This document shows, one piece after another, positions 8,793-18,100 of a stretch of DNA of 64,000 nucleotides. The notes under the pieces are model-generated. The model ran no database searches, was not told the DNA's origin, and saw only the letters and a list, made by a program, of their open reading frames with translations. The translations under genes were made by a program, and so were the position numbers. The stretch comes from a virus (Duplodnaviria; Caudoviricetes), in IMG/VR virus record IMGVR_UViG_3300033180_000001, positions 2,124-66,123 of that record, one strand, 5' to 3'. Each line of letters begins with the position of its first letter. The first letter of the stretch is position 1.

Positions 8793-9029
8793 ATGGAGAA
8801 GGCACCAACGCTACTGCAAACCGAAGTCCTCAAGTTCATCAACCGGTTCCGGGAGCGTGAGCAGTACAACCCTTCCTACTCAGAAATAGCATCCCACTTC
8901 GGGTGGAGCTCACCAACATCCGCCTACAGCCATGTGAAGGCACTTGAGAAGCGCGGCGTGCTGTCCTTCCGGGGAAAGTCGGGGTTTCGGGGGTATGTGG
9001 TCAATGACAAGTTCAAGGAGAAAAGATGA
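8793..9029 (+). CDS. LexA N-terminal DNA-binding domain-only protein
   Basis: T..Q.EVLKFI......YNPSYSEIASHFGWSSPTSAYSHVKALEKRG; no Ala-Gly site or peptidase domain. Confidence 0.8.
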   Translation: MEKAPTLLQTEVLKFINRFREREQYNPSYSEIASHFGWSSPTSAYSHVKALEKRGVLSFRGKSGFRGYVVNDKFKEKR

Positions 9030-9952
9030 GCGAGCACACTGAAATCAGTTGGACCGACCACACGTGGTCACCAGTTTGGGGTTGCACCGAAGTCTCGAAG
9101 GCCGAGACGGGCGGTGGCGGCTGCGACAACTGCTATGCGCGCACCCTGGCCCACCGCTTCGGCACGGGCTGGAACGGCGAGCCGATGCGCGAGTTCGGCG
9201 AACACCACTGGAACGAGCCGGTACGCTGGAACAAGCGTGCTGCGGCCAATGGAACTCAGCCGCGCGTCTTTCCGTCGATGTGCGATCCGTTCGACAAGAA
9301 TTGGCCAGCAGGAATACGGGCGCGATTCTTTCGGCTGATCCACAGCACGCCGCACCTCACTTGGCTGCTTCTTACGAAGAGAATCGGTGTCGCGCACCAG
9401 ATGATTGGCGAGGCACTGATTGAAATAGCGGAGGCCGAAGGTGGAAGACCCACCGCACTGCTGCCGACCTGGCCATGGCCGAACGTGTGGATTGGCGCTA
9501 CGGTCGTGAACCAGAATGAATACGACCGAGACATCGGTAAGTTGCTGCGCATGCCGGCGCGTGTGCGCTTCCTGTCGATCGAACCCATGCTCGGGCCGAT
9601 CGACATGCGCATGGGTGGCGCGTCGATGCCAGACTATTCGGAACATCGCCCGCTGCCGAGAATTGATCTCGTCATTGATGGTGGCGAGAGCGGCCCACAT
9701 GCACGACCAGCACACCCGGACTGGTTCAGGTCGTTGCGTGATCAGTGTGCTGCCGCTGGTGTGGCATACCACCACAAACAAAATGGTGAGTTTGCGCCTG
9801 GCGCTAACTTCGATGCGATTCCTAGCGGCACGTATTGCGACTTCGACGGCACACTCAAGACCGACGACGAGCGTGTCTGGAAGGTCGGCAAGAAGGCCGC
9901 CGGCTGGCTGCTGGACGGTGTCGAGCACAAGGCATTCCCGAGGTCGGCATGA
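9026..9952 (+). CDS. DUF5131 (phage Gp37/Gp68) family, three-Cys radical-SAM-like protein
   Basis: TEISWTDHTWSPVWGC..VS.....GCDNCYA...LLTKR...RFLSIEPMLG...GGESGPHARP.HPDW.RSLRDQC. Confidence 0.9.
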   Translation: MSEHTEISWTDHTWSPVWGCTEVSKAETGGGGCDNCYARTLAHRFGTGWNGEPMREFGEHHWNEPVRWNKRAAANGTQPRVFPSMCDPFDKNWPAGIRARFFRLIHSTPHLTWLLLTKRIGVAHQMIGEALIEIAEAEGGRPTALLPTWPWPNVWIGATVVNQNEYDRDIGKLLRMPARVRFLSIEPMLGPIDMRMGGASMPDYSEHRPLPRIDLVIDGGESGPHARPAHPDWFRSLRDQCAAAGVAYHHKQNGEFAPGANFDAIPSGTYCDFDGTLKTDDERVWKVGKKAAGWLLDGVEHKAFPRSA

Positions 9953-10152
9953 CCGGTCCTGAGCTCCTGGACTCCCCGCGGGTCAGCTCCGACTTCGAGG
10001 CAGCCGACGAGATGGCCCAGTGGGCTGTCGACAACGCCGAGCTGCTGGCGACCTTGCGCGGACCGACCCCAAGGAAAACGCCCCTGCAAGAAGGGGCGTC
10101 TGTGCATTCCAGCGATTCCGTCAACGGACAGAACCGCGATAGCGTCAACTAA
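9949..10152 (+). CDS. hypothetical protein, last gene of + arm
   Basis: ATGA overlap; 3' part overlaps convergent terminator. Confidence 0.45.
   Translation: MTGPELLDSPRVSSDFEAADEMAQWAVDNAELLATLRGPTPRKTPLQEGASVHSSDSVNGQNRDSVN
10075..10099 (-). terminator. intrinsic terminator of the late/lysis operon
   Basis: ACGCCCCT/AGGGGCGT stem followed by TTTT on - strand. Confidence 0.65.
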
Positions 10153-10154
10153 CT

Positions 10155-10514
10155 TCAGGTCGTGGGCGGTGCCTCGGCCGGCGCAGGCGCAGGCGCCGGT
10201 GCGTTGGCCGCATCCACCGCGGCCTCGGTTGCATCGGTATCCGCGGTCTGGGCCACGACCTCGGCCGTGGTGGCGGCGGTGCTGGCCAGGACGGCCTCGA
10301 CCTTGGCGGTCACGGCGTTGATGTCGGCCGCGGTGACGTTGCCACCTTGGTTGGCGGCGTCGGCCAGTTCCTTCAGGCGCACCAGCACGACGTTGACGAC
10401 CACGTCGTTGAGGGCGTCGGCCTTGACGTTGCCGGCGTCCACGGCGGTCTTCAGGTCAGCGTTGGCGCTGGCCAGTTCTTCCAGCTTGGCGTTGAGGGTG
10501 TCGAGTGCTTCCAT
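10155..10514 (-). CDS. Ala-rich coiled-coil protein (alternative start 10607)
   Basis: heptad pattern, PA-rich tail; downstream of lysis genes. Confidence 0.65.
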   Translation of the reverse strand: MEALDTLNAKLEELASANADLKTAVDAGNVKADALNDVVVNVVLVRLKELADAANQGGNVTAADINAVTAKVEAVLASTAATTAEVVAQTADTDATEAAVDAANAPAPAPAPAEAPPTT

Positions 10515-10609
10515 GATTCGATGTTCCGATCTGTGAGTTGCGAGGGCGGGAAAGAGCACGACCGCCAGGAGGCGGCCGATGCGTTGGGTCAGGCGCCAGA
10601 GGCGCATGA

Positions 10610-10852
10610 TCAGGGTGCGGCTGCGATGTCTGCTGCGAGCTTGGCCATGTCGGCGTTCAAGCCGTCGGCTGCCGCTTGGACATCGGCCATCGTCAGCGTA
10701 CCACTGGCCATCTTGGCCGAGTAGTCTGCCCAGAAGGCCATTCCCTGGGACAGGATCACTGCGGCCAGCTGGCCTTCTGGACCGGCGAGTGGCAGGAGGG
10801 ATGAAGCGATGGCAGCGCCTGCTGCGACTGTGGGGTTGGTGGTGGTGGTCAC
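10610..10852 (-). CDS. small hydrophobic/helical protein, lysis accessory candidate
   Basis: GTGA overlap with lipoprotein stop. Confidence 0.55.
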   Translation of the reverse strand: MTTTTNPTVAAGAAIASSLLPLAGPEGQLAAVILSQGMAFWADYSAKMASGTLTMADVQAAADGLNADMAKLAADIAAAP

Positions 10853-11130
10853 TTGGAGGCTCCTGATGCTGCGGAAGCGGGTGGGGCGGCCATCAATGCG
10901 GCGACGGCGGCATTGCAACCGGCCTGCATGGCAGTGAAGCCGGCGAAGGCCTTCTGCGCATCGGCTTTGCTCAGCTTGCCGGCGAGCAACGCCGCATCGG
11001 TGGCTTGGACAGCCGCACGTGTTGCGGTGCATCCGTCATAGGTGGCCTTCAATGGATCGGGGGTGCCAGTTGTGGCACACGCGCCAAGTAGCAGCAAACA
11101 TGCTGCAAGGAAGAGACGGATTGACTTCAT
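10849..11130 (-). CDS. lipoprotein, spanin candidate
   Basis: signal MKSIRLFLAACLLLLGA-C lipobox; two further Cys; follows holin/endolysin. Confidence 0.7.
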   Translation of the reverse strand: MKSIRLFLAACLLLLGACATTGTPDPLKATYDGCTATRAAVQATDAALLAGKLSKADAQKAFAGFTAMQAGCNAAVAALMAAPPASAASGASK

Positions 11131-11441
11131 GGTGCTGGTTCCTTCGGTGGTGTGCCAGTATCGGCGGGCGGGGTCGTTGTGGTGATCACGGTGCCTGGCG
11201 GGACAAGTGCTGGAGCCGGCGGCAACCCGGCAATGATGTCGTCCTTCTTCGAAGATCCCTGCGAAGTACCAATGAAGAACGACGCCGCAGCAATCGTCAG
11301 ATTGATCAACGTCTGCACCAGCGGATTTGACTGGTCCATCTCAACGCCAATCCGCTTGCCGAAAAGCGCCAATCCGAAGTAGGCCAGCAGCACCGTGACG
11401 ATGAAGGCTGGCATCGTGACCTTGGGGGTGGGTAGGTTCAT
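11127..11441 (-). CDS. holin candidate (2 TM)
   Basis: two hydrophobic helices, FFIGTSQGSSKKD tail, adjacent to endolysin. Confidence 0.7.
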   Translation of the reverse strand: MNLPTPKVTMPAFIVTVLLAYFGLALFGKRIGVEMDQSNPLVQTLINLTIAAASFFIGTSQGSSKKDDIIAGLPPAPALVPPGTVITTTTPPADTGTPPKEPAP

Positions 11442-11872
11442 GCTTGCCAGACTCCGGTCTTGATTTGAAGGGCGACTCGTTTCGCTCGAGCCGGCGTCTG
11501 CTGCGCCCACTTGGACGCTAGGGCATGGTCATAGGCCTCTTGCCACTTGGCCGCCTTGATGGCCGCAAGTGTGCCAGAGAACCCGAGCAAGCCACCAATT
11601 CCGAGCTGAAAGCACATATTCACCAGCGCCCCCAGCCGCGCATCGTCAAGCCCTGCGGCCCACGGCAGTCGCGCCTCGACGCCTGCAATGGCTTGGGCCA
11701 CATCCTTAGCAAACGCAGTGTCGACCTGTTCGCTGGTCCAGATCAATCCCATGTGCACCTCGGGTCCAGTGTGGCCGATGCCGATCGTGGGCACGCCGAG
11801 CGTGTCGAGGTAGGCAACGTACCGTCGGCCTTCCTCTCGCTCCAATTGGGTCCGTAGTCTGTCGATGTCCAT
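11438..11872 (-). CDS. endolysin, GH24 T4-lysozyme-like
   Basis: EEG....Y.DTLG.PTIGIGH (E-8-D-5-T triad)...NMCFQLG...SKWAQQTPARA. Confidence 0.92.
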   Translation of the reverse strand: MDIDRLRTQLEREEGRRYVAYLDTLGVPTIGIGHTGPEVHMGLIWTSEQVDTAFAKDVAQAIAGVEARLPWAAGLDDARLGALVNMCFQLGIGGLLGFSGTLAAIKAAKWQEAYDHALASKWAQQTPARAKRVALQIKTGVWQA

Positions 11873-11875
11873 GGC

Positions 11876-12151
11876 TCAACTCTTGGTGCGTAGGAGCTTG
11901 CCGAAGGCGGCAATGCGGGCCAAGAAACTGATGACGGCCTCAATCTCTGGGGCGTGCATCTCGCGCATCGGCTGGGCCAACTCGCGCAGACGGTAGTCGC
12001 GGACCTGCGGGTAGAACGATACCTCGACGGTCCTGGGTGGAAGTGGGTCAATGACTGGGCACTCGGTCAACTCGACTGTCACACCCTCGGATTTGGCGGC
12101 ACCCCTGCGCCCATCGAAGTAGAGCGCAGTGCGGTACAGGTCTTGGCTCAC
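11876..12151 (-). CDS. hypothetical protein
   Basis: GTG start with GGGGA RBS. Confidence 0.6.
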   Translation of the reverse strand: MSQDLYRTALYFDGRRGAAKSEGVTVELTECPVIDPLPPRTVEVSFYPQVRDYRLRELAQPMREMHAPEIEAVISFLARIAAFGKLLRTKS

Positions 12152-12160
12152 GTTGGTCCC

Positions 12161-12433
12161 CTACGGTTTTTTGCGGTCTTCTTTCGTGTCCAGCTTGTCC
12201 TCGATGCGACGCAGCGCCGTGAACATACCGTCACCGAGCTTTTCAATGTCCGAGCGCTGAGCATAGGTCGTTGGCAGTGCGATACGCAACTCGTTCACGG
12301 CGGTGGCCAGCGTGAAGTCGGCCACTTCCAGCGTCTTGATCTTGTCGAAGAGGACCTTCATGAACCAGCCGCCGAACAGCAGCGCGAACTTCAGGCCCCA
12401 ATCAAGCGCGGTGAGCAATGCTGGGTCCATCAT
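12161..12433 (-). CDS. membrane-anchored coiled-coil protein (holin/antiholin-like)
   Basis: N-terminal TM plus LRRIEDKLD coil. Confidence 0.65.
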   Translation of the reverse strand: MMDPALLTALDWGLKFALLFGGWFMKVLFDKIKTLEVADFTLATAVNELRIALPTTYAQRSDIEKLGDGMFTALRRIEDKLDTKEDRKKP

Positions 12434-12855
12434 GGTCTCCTGAGCAGCGAAACGATTAGCACCACCACGATAGTCACCATGTAGACGGGCCAGCCGGTGG
12501 CCAGGTCACATAGGCCGGTGTAGAGCTCGGTCTTGGGCGGCGGGCGGTCCATGGGGAACTGCAGGCGGCACCCGGCGATCATGAAGGACTCGGCCGCACC
12601 CCACGCACACACCAGGCTGGCCGCCAGGCGCAGCACGATGGGGCGCCAGGGGATCAGCAGCCACACCAGCAGGTAGAGCAGCGTGGCTTCTGGGAACGCG
12701 CGCAGCACTGATTGCCACGCAGTGGCGGCGCGCACCTGGTTCGGCTCGGCATACAAGCTGCCGATCAGGTCGGGCGCGATGTGCGTTACCGCCACGATCA
12801 GCAGCAGCAACGACGGCAGGCCAAAGGCCTTGACCGCCGCCCAGAGCCGCGGCAT
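12430..12855 (-). CDS. integral membrane protein (~4 TM)
   Basis: hydrophobic segments. Confidence 0.65.
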   Translation of the reverse strand: MPRLWAAVKAFGLPSLLLLIVAVTHIAPDLIGSLYAEPNQVRAATAWQSVLRAFPEATLLYLLVWLLIPWRPIVLRLAASLVCAWGAAESFMIAGCRLQFPMDRPPPKTELYTGLCDLATGWPVYMVTIVVVLIVSLLRRP

Positions 12856-12856
12856 G

Positions 12857-13054
12857 TCAGCCTTCTTCGCCGTGACCGCCAGCCAAACCGCCGCTGTCGA
12901 CCGGCAACACGGTGATGGTCAAAGGCTGGGTGTCGGTGGCAGTCGCGGACTGCGAGTTGCCTGAGAGCACATCGACTGGCGATGTGAGTGTGCCGCCCGA
13001 GATGCGGATCTTGTCGGAGCCGCCGTTGCTGATGTTCAAGGTGCTGCTGCTCAT
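12857..13054 (-). CDS. small beta-rich hypothetical protein
   Basis: AGGAG RBS; GATAAT -10-like box upstream. Confidence 0.65.
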   Translation of the reverse strand: MSSSTLNISNGGSDKIRISGGTLTSPVDVLSGNSQSATATDTQPLTITVLPVDSGGLAGGHGEEG

Positions 13055-13082
13055 GGTTGACTCCTATTGGGTGGATGAATTA

Positions 13083-13385
13083 TCACGGCGCAGCCAGTAA
13101 CTTGGTTGCCTCGAGTTGCAGGTAGTTCGGGTCGGCGTCGTAGCTGTGCATGGTCAGCAGTCGTACCACCTCAATCGGATAGGGTGGCACGCGCGGCTTC
13201 CACTCTGCGCGCGCTGCGAACGCGACCGTCGACTTGTCCGGGCACTTGAATGCGATCAGCAGCGCACCGCTGGCGTGCTCTTGATACAGGATCGGTCCGA
13301 TGGCCTGGTTGGGTTCGCATGCTGCGTGCGCAATGGCGCTGATGAACATGGCGACCAGAAGAATGGCTGGCTTGAACGTCTTCAT
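13083..13385 (-). CDS. secreted hypothetical protein
   Basis: Sec signal ending AHA; AAGGA RBS. Confidence 0.65.
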   Translation of the reverse strand: MKTFKPAILLVAMFISAIAHAACEPNQAIGPILYQEHASGALLIAFKCPDKSTVAFAARAEWKPRVPPYPIEVVRLLTMHSYDADPNYLQLEATKLLAAP

Positions 13386-13396
13386 GGTGCTTCCTT

Positions 13397-14887
13397 TCAG
13401 TACATCCAGGTGCCGTCACCGAGCAGATTGGTGTGGCAATCGATGCTCGGGTTGTCACAGTTCTTCATGATCTTCTCCATCGTGGGCGCATCCCATCCCA
13501 TCAGATAGTCACCGTGTCCGCTGTAGCCGCCTGGGCTGGTCGACGCGTAGTTGTCGCTTGCCAGACGCCATTTCGCCATTCGAGCCGCAACGGCAGTCGC
13601 GTTGTAGTGAATCTCGTAGTCGATCTTCGGCAGAGCCACCGGATGCGTGGACGGGCAGCCCGAGCCTGTGGTCTCGGCCATGTGGCTCTTGTGGTCCGGG
13701 CTGTCGAGGTTCACGCCGTCCCAGCACTGCGGGAAGCTCACCTCCATCATCAGCTCGGTGTTGTTGCCGCAGGTCGCGGGGATGGCGCTCTGCCAACCGA
13801 TATTGTCAGTACCGCCGATGCAAGCGAAGCGGCTCGCGCTGGTGCCACTGGTGGGCGTCCCTGCCGCGCTGCCGGCAATCATGCGCAGACCGTTCGGCAC
13901 CGCCTTCACGTCCGCCGGCTTCACGCCGCCATAGCCGGTTTTGTAGTAGACGAGGAAGCTGATCGGCGCGAGCGGTGTGCCGTTCGCCGTGTCGATCATC
14001 GCAGGGAACCAGTAGGCGCTCTTGTTGAGCGTGCCGCCAGCGCACGTCGACCCGCCAACTGCGACGATGCTTTCCGTCGTCGAGTTCGCATCCACGCTGT
14101 CGTTGCAGACGAAGGTGTGAAGGTGCGATGCGCCAGGCAAGCCATGAAAGACGATCGGATCGTCGAACAGCATCCGCGCGAAAGTTGCCGTCAGGCGGAA
14201 TGCGCCGATGTCATTGGCGCTCGGCGCTTGCGGGCAACCGGTACAGAATGGGCCAGGCGCAGTCTGGACCCGCGGTGTCGTCTGGCCGGCGACCGCTGCA
14301 GGGATCTTCGCCTTGTCGATCGCCGGCAGATTGCCTACTGGCGTCGATGTGCACGCGCCGGTGGGCGGCGTAGTTGGTGTCCACGTGTCGGCTTTCCACG
14401 TGTTGCTTGCTGCATCGTAGACCCAGCCTTGCGTCTGCGTGTAGCTGCCGGTCGATCCTGCAGGGCAGGCCTGCGCACGAGTCAAGTCGGCAGGTTTCGG
14501 CGGGATCTGTGTGGTGCATGCGCCAGTTGGTGCAGATGCCGGCGCCCATGCCCCGGCGACCCATGCGCCATTCACGATGCTGTAGGTGCGGGTTTGTGTC
14601 CAGCTGCCAGTAGAACCAGATGGGCAACTCACGATCTGCGAATCAGGTGCGTGCTTCGGGATGATCTGGCGTACCGTGGTGCTGCGGCAGTTCAGGCCAA
14701 CGATCGGCAGTGGCTCGGCGTACTGCTGGCATCCATCGAAGGATGCGGCGACCGATGCAGCCGCACTCGGCGGCGTGACCTTAAACGACGACGATCCCTT
14801 GTAGAGATAGGTCGGGCCAACCGTATCGGCGGGCACTGCGCTCGCAGAAACGATGCAGGCCAAAGCGAACAAGAGGATGCGTTTCAT
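13397..14887 (-). CDS. secreted DUF1996 domain protein with two Cys-bounded N-terminal repeats
   Basis: signal peptide; DPIV..G...SHLHTF, NKSAYW.P, GLRMIAG, FPQCWDG.NLDSPDHKSH, CPSTHPV..P, GHGDY..GWD. Confidence 0.88.
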   Translation of the reverse strand: MKRILLFALACIVSASAVPADTVGPTYLYKGSSSFKVTPPSAAASVAASFDGCQQYAEPLPIVGLNCRSTTVRQIIPKHAPDSQIVSCPSGSTGSWTQTRTYSIVNGAWVAGAWAPASAPTGACTTQIPPKPADLTRAQACPAGSTGSYTQTQGWVYDAASNTWKADTWTPTTPPTGACTSTPVGNLPAIDKAKIPAAVAGQTTPRVQTAPGPFCTGCPQAPSANDIGAFRLTATFARMLFDDPIVFHGLPGASHLHTFVCNDSVDANSTTESIVAVGGSTCAGGTLNKSAYWFPAMIDTANGTPLAPISFLVYYKTGYGGVKPADVKAVPNGLRMIAGSAAGTPTSGTSASRFACIGGTDNIGWQSAIPATCGNNTELMMEVSFPQCWDGVNLDSPDHKSHMAETTGSGCPSTHPVALPKIDYEIHYNATAVAARMAKWRLASDNYASTSPGGYSGHGDYLMGWDAPTMEKIMKNCDNPSIDCHTNLLGDGTWMY

Positions 14888-14946
14888 CGCTGGACTCCGG
14901 GGCTTGGGTGGATGGCGCCGATTATCGGCGTTCGTACAATGCCGCA

Positions 14947-15162
14947 GTGTTCACGGCCCTCACTCTGTTTCTCGCGTGCGCTGGGCTTGCCCTGGTGGCC
15001 GAGTTTCCGTGGCTCGGGATCATCTGTTTTCTGGCCTCTTATGGCACATCCAAACTGGCGGCGCGCGACGAGGACCACTTCATGGGAATGATGCTGGTGC
15101 TTGCTGGGGCCGGGTCCATCGCGATCACGTTGGACTATCTCGCTGGTCTCATTGCGCATTGA
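14947..15162 (+). CDS. small multi-TM membrane protein on opposite strand, probably leaderless
   Basis: TACAAT at 14935-40 ends 6 nt before GTG; ~3 hydrophobic segments. Confidence 0.55.
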   Translation: MFTALTLFLACAGLALVAEFPWLGIICFLASYGTSKLAARDEDHFMGMMLVLAGAGSIAITLDYLAGLIAH

Positions 15163-18100
15163 CGACACCCTCGGACTTCATGACTTGCTTGGACACGTCG
15201 GCGCGCTGGCGTAGCAGATCCTCCAGTGCGGCCCGTTTCTGCTTCGGCGTCATTTCCTTGTCGGCGTAGATAGCGTCACGCGCCTTGTTGAGACTGCCCA
15301 GCGCCTTGCCGCCGTGCTCCAGCGCCTTGCGCGCTTCCAGCAGCTTCTCGTTCTTGGCAATCAGTGCGTCGGCCTCGGCCGCCTTGTCGTCCTTCTGCAG
15401 TGCGCGAACCGACTTGTAGACCTGCTCGACCTCGGCACGCATCTTGTAGAGGTCGGTCTCGTAGACGGTGCTGAAGGCGGGTTCCTGACGGTAGAAGCTG
15501 CCGATCAGCGGGACCTGGTCCAGGCGTGTTTCGGGTCGCGGCGGCGCTTGCTTGTCGAGCGCACGGATGGCGAAGTCGGACAGGCCCAGTGCGTACAGCC
15601 CGGCGGTGCCCAGATAGCCACCCACAAGGTACTCGAGCTTCTTCGGGCTCAGACCAATCTCGTCGGCGATTGGCGCGATGGCTTTGGTGGCGGCCACGGC
15701 AGTCGGCGAGGTGACCTTCGAGTAGCGCTGGCTGGGCAGCTTGCCCTCGTCGCCCTGGTTTTCGAGCGGGCGATCACGGAAGGTGTCCTTGTTGGCCCAT
15801 GCATTGAGCGCCGGGCGGATCATCTGTGGCGCCGGATCGAAAGCGAGTTGATCGCGAAGGATGGCCCACACGCGGCCCAGCGTCTTCTTGCCAGTGTCCT
15901 GACCGCGGATGTACCGCATGATGCGCTCGGGCACCGAGGCGAACACCGCGCCGAGCTCGAACGGCTTGGGCATGCGGAAGTGCTCGCCCTTGATCCAGAA
16001 GTGCCAGTAGGTCTCCTTGTCCCAGTCGGGCAGCTTGTCGTAGTCGTCGTTGTCGCCGTTCGCGTAGGCCAGTGCCAGGCTGGCCAGCATCATCAGCGTG
16101 CCGTACATGGCCACCCGCTTCGGGTCAGCGCGGCCGAGCCGATACAGGCCCTGCACGCGCGCGTTGAAGAACGGCAGCACGTCGGCCAGCAGCTGGTACA
16201 TGGGGCTGCTGCCGCGCAGCGTGAAGTCCATCATGTCCTTGGCCTCGAAGGCCGCCGCGGTGGCGCCGCGGCCGGCCTTGGTGGTGGCCTCGTAAACGGC
16301 CTCGCGGTTCGAGTTCTCGATGGCCTCGCCCACGTGCCGGTACTTGTCCCAGAACTTGGCCGGCGTGTCGATGATGCTGCCCACGAACGCGCCGGCCGAG
16401 CTGGCGTCGAATCCCTTGGAGCGTAGCGCGCGGCGCATCGCCTTGCCGGTGGCCGTCGGGTCGGACGCGTTGATGTCCCCGGTCTGGAAGCTGGCGCCCG
16501 CGAAAAGCATGTCCTCGTAGGCGCCGGCCTCACGGTAGGACTTGACGATGCCGCTCAGCGACTTGGCTGGGTTGAAGCCGTGCCGCGTGATGATTGCGGT
16601 GGCCGCTGTGTCGCGGATGAAGTTGCGGGCCATGAACTCGGGGGTGGCCGTCACCATGCCGGTCAGCACGCGCTTGAACGCGCGCGCCACGCCGAGGCCA
16701 GGGAAGTCGAACGGCACGAAGCTGGTCAGCGCCTTCAGCAGCAGAGGATCGTTGACCTTGTAGAACTGCGGCTTGCCGCCCACCATGATGCGCACCACGG
16801 TCGGGTCGGTCGGGGCCTGGATCGACCACATTTTGGCCATGCCCTCGAAGGCCTCGGGCGGGATAATGTCCAGGACCTGCTGCGGTGTGCCGGCCTCGGC
16901 GAGCTGCTTGCGCACCTGGTCGGCGGGCACCAGCTGTTTGCTCATCTCGTAGCCGACCTTTTGCACCACGTCGGACTTCGCCGCGGTCAGCGTGTCGATG
17001 GTCTTGGACAGCGCCCTGTTCTTCAGGCTGGCATCGATCAGCCGGCTGAAGTTCATCAGGATGTTCTCCATCGGGTCGTTCAGTGCGGCCTCGCCGCCCT
17101 TGAGTGTGCGGATGCCACTGCTCTGACCCGACAGGCCCTTCTTGCCGGTGGCGCCGAACACCGCCTTGTCGTCAATCTCGCGGTAAAACGGGATGTAGTC
17201 GGCGTTGTCCCAGACCTTGCGGCTCTCGGGGTCCAGCAGCCCGGCCTGCTCGGCGACGTCGAGCACGCTGCGCTTGAACGCGGCGTAGCCCAGCGCGGCC
17301 TTGCGGAAGGCGTCTTCCTTGCCCTTATTCAGGCCCTGCAGCGCCTTGATCTGCTCGGGCGTGAAGTTGTTCTCGCGGCCTTCGCGCATCAGGCGCGCAG
17401 CGCGGTTGCCGATCATCCAGCCGAAGAAGCTGTTCAGGTCCTTGTCCAGCGGCTTCAGGATGTCCAGCAGGCCCTCGCTGCCGGCGATCTTCTCCAGGTG
17501 CTGGCCGTTGGCCGCCCACTTGGCCTGGCCGTGCAACATCAGGCCGCGCATCACGGAGCTGGTACCGCCGTTGGCCAAGCGCGCCGCCACGTAGGGGTCC
17601 TGGTCGGTCGGCAGTGCGCCAATCTCGCGCCGCACGGCCTGGTCGATGCCGTGGAACTGGTCGAGTGCACCCTGCTGGAACTGGCGGGCCCAGTTGCCAC
17701 GCAGTGCATCAACGGCCTTCTCGTACCCTTGGTGGATGCGGTCGCCGGCTCGCTGGAAACGGCTACGCGTGTTGATGCCGGCCCGCTCGAGCGCTTCGCG
17801 CTCTTCGTGGGTGTAGTCGGGCAGGCTCATGTTGATTTCTGGCTTGCTCGCATCGAACTCGCCGTTGTTGCCGATCGAAGACTTGACCTGTTCAGGGTCG
17901 AACACGATGAAGACACGATGCCGAGTGGCGGTGTCGGCGTTTCTCACCCGACCGCCGCCCATGTGCGTGATGCCATCGAAGCCCATGTTGCGCAGGCCGT
18001 CCTGCATCATTTCGGCCCCCTCCCATTTCGGGACGCCCTGGTTAGAGAGTTCATCCTCGACGGCGCGGTAGAAGGCCTCGTTGGTGTCGCCGTCTGGCGT

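Noticed and set aside
10116-10149. Direct repeat GCGAT..CGTCAAC x2 (TTGACG on - strand)
   Set aside because: Only two short copies and no -10 box at proper spacing; significance unsupported
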